Part shown: positions 63,035 through 64,000 of the stretch, in pieces
Position numbering within the stretch: position 1 is the first letter of the stretch
Layout of the letters: the number at the start of each line of letters is the position of its first letter
Translations under genes and position numbers: made by a program
Source: Raja brachyura
Taxonomy: Eukaryota
NCBI GenBank assembly: GCA_963514005.1
Contig: OY740826.1
Coordinates: 558,001 to 622,000, forward strand
Length of the DNA: 64,000 nucleotides
Reading direction: 5' to 3'
Notes under the pieces: model-generated
The model's input: the letters and a program-made list of their open reading frames with translations, nothing else
Database searches by the model: none
Told to the model about the DNA's origin: nothing

Positions 63035-63865
63035 CAAAGATAGACATAAAATGCTGGAGTAACTCAGCGGAGCAGGAAGCATCTCTGGAGAGAAGGAATG
63101 GGTGATGTTTCGGCTCAAGACCCTTCTTCAGATGGAGAGTCATGGGAAAGGGAAGAGATATATAGTTGATGTGGAGATATAGAACAATTTAATGAAATAT
63201 ATGGAAAATAGTAAAAGAAACAGGCCATTGGTAGCTGTTTGCTAGGTGAGTACGAGAAGCAGGTGCGACTTGGGTTGGGAAGGGATGGAGAGAGAGCGAA
63301 TGCAGTTGTTACTTGAAATTGAATCAATTTTCATACCACTGGGTTGTAAGCTGCCCAAGCTAAATATGAGATGCTGTTTCTCCAATTTACGTTTAGCCTC
63401 TCTCTGACAATGGAGGAGGCCTAGGACAGAAAGGTCTGTGCGGGAATGTGAAGGGGAATTAAAGTGTTTGGCAATAGGAAGATCAGGTAGGTCCAGGCGG
63501 ACTGAGCTTAGGTGTTCAATGAAACGATCGCCCAGTCTAGGTTTGGTCTTGCCGGTGTGAGTCCATGTCTTGAACAGCAGATACAGTAGATGAGGTTGGA
63601 GGAGGTGCAAGTGAACCTCTGCCTAACCTGAGAGGACTGTGAGGGTCCCCGACAGAGTCGAGGGAGGAGGAATGTTGCATCTCTTGTGGTTGCAGGGGAA
63701 GGTACATGGGGAGGGGGTAGTTTGGATGGGAAGGGATGAGTTAACCCGGGAGCTGCGGAGGGAATGGTCTCTGCGAAAGGGGTGGAGTTGGGAAGATATG
63801 GGGTCCCGTTGGAGGTGGCGAAAATGTCAGAGGATTATGTGTGGTTTATGACGGCAGATGGGGTG
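63035..63865 (-). mobile_element. Penelope-like element fragment with GIY-YIG C-terminus and hammerhead core
   Basis: GKTKPRLGDRFIEHL..HFNSPSH..LEKQHLIFSLGSLQPSGM; CTGAAGAAGGGTCTTGAGCCGAAAC at 63107-63131(-). Confidence 0.8.
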
Positions 63866-64000
63866 AAACATAGAAACATAGAAATTAGGTGCAGGAGTAG
63901 GCCATTCGGCCCTTCGAGCCTGCACCGCCATTCAATATGATCATGGCTGATCATCCAACTCAGTATCCCGCACCTGCCTTCTCTCCATACCCTCTGATCC
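63866..64000 (-). mobile_element. CR1 3' end, truncated by the window edge
   Basis: (GAAACATA)n tail plus 3' UTR. Confidence 0.9.

Overview
Repeat-saturated vertebrate genomic DNA, most likely a cartilaginous fish such as a skate or ray (inferred from the CR1/Rex1/Penelope/V-SINE repeat complement and the AID sequence). There is one host protein-coding gene: a divergent activation-induced cytidine deaminase (AICDA/AID-like) on the + strand. Its coding exons are 52739-53157, 54809-54924 and 56529-56582. The first exon equals mammalian exons 2+3 fused, and no canonical ATG-GAC-AG exon 1 was found. Upstream lie three degenerate copies of the start of that exon and two related exon-1/promoter-like islands, all embedded in G/A-rich low-complexity DNA. 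The rest is nested transposons: a DIRS1 element with intact ITR/ICR architecture; a near full-length CR1 LINE whose 5' end is an array of about 19 80-bp TATA-containing monomers, split by a young non-autonomous ERV (tRNA-Pro PBS, ERV3-like env); a second, older ERV (tRNA-Ser PBS) inside a Rex1-type LINE just downstream of AID; hAT-, Harbinger- and Academ-like DNA transposons; Penelope remnants with hammerhead cores; and many truncated CR1/Rex1/Tx1 pieces. Repeat boundaries are read by eye and are approximate unless TSDs are given.
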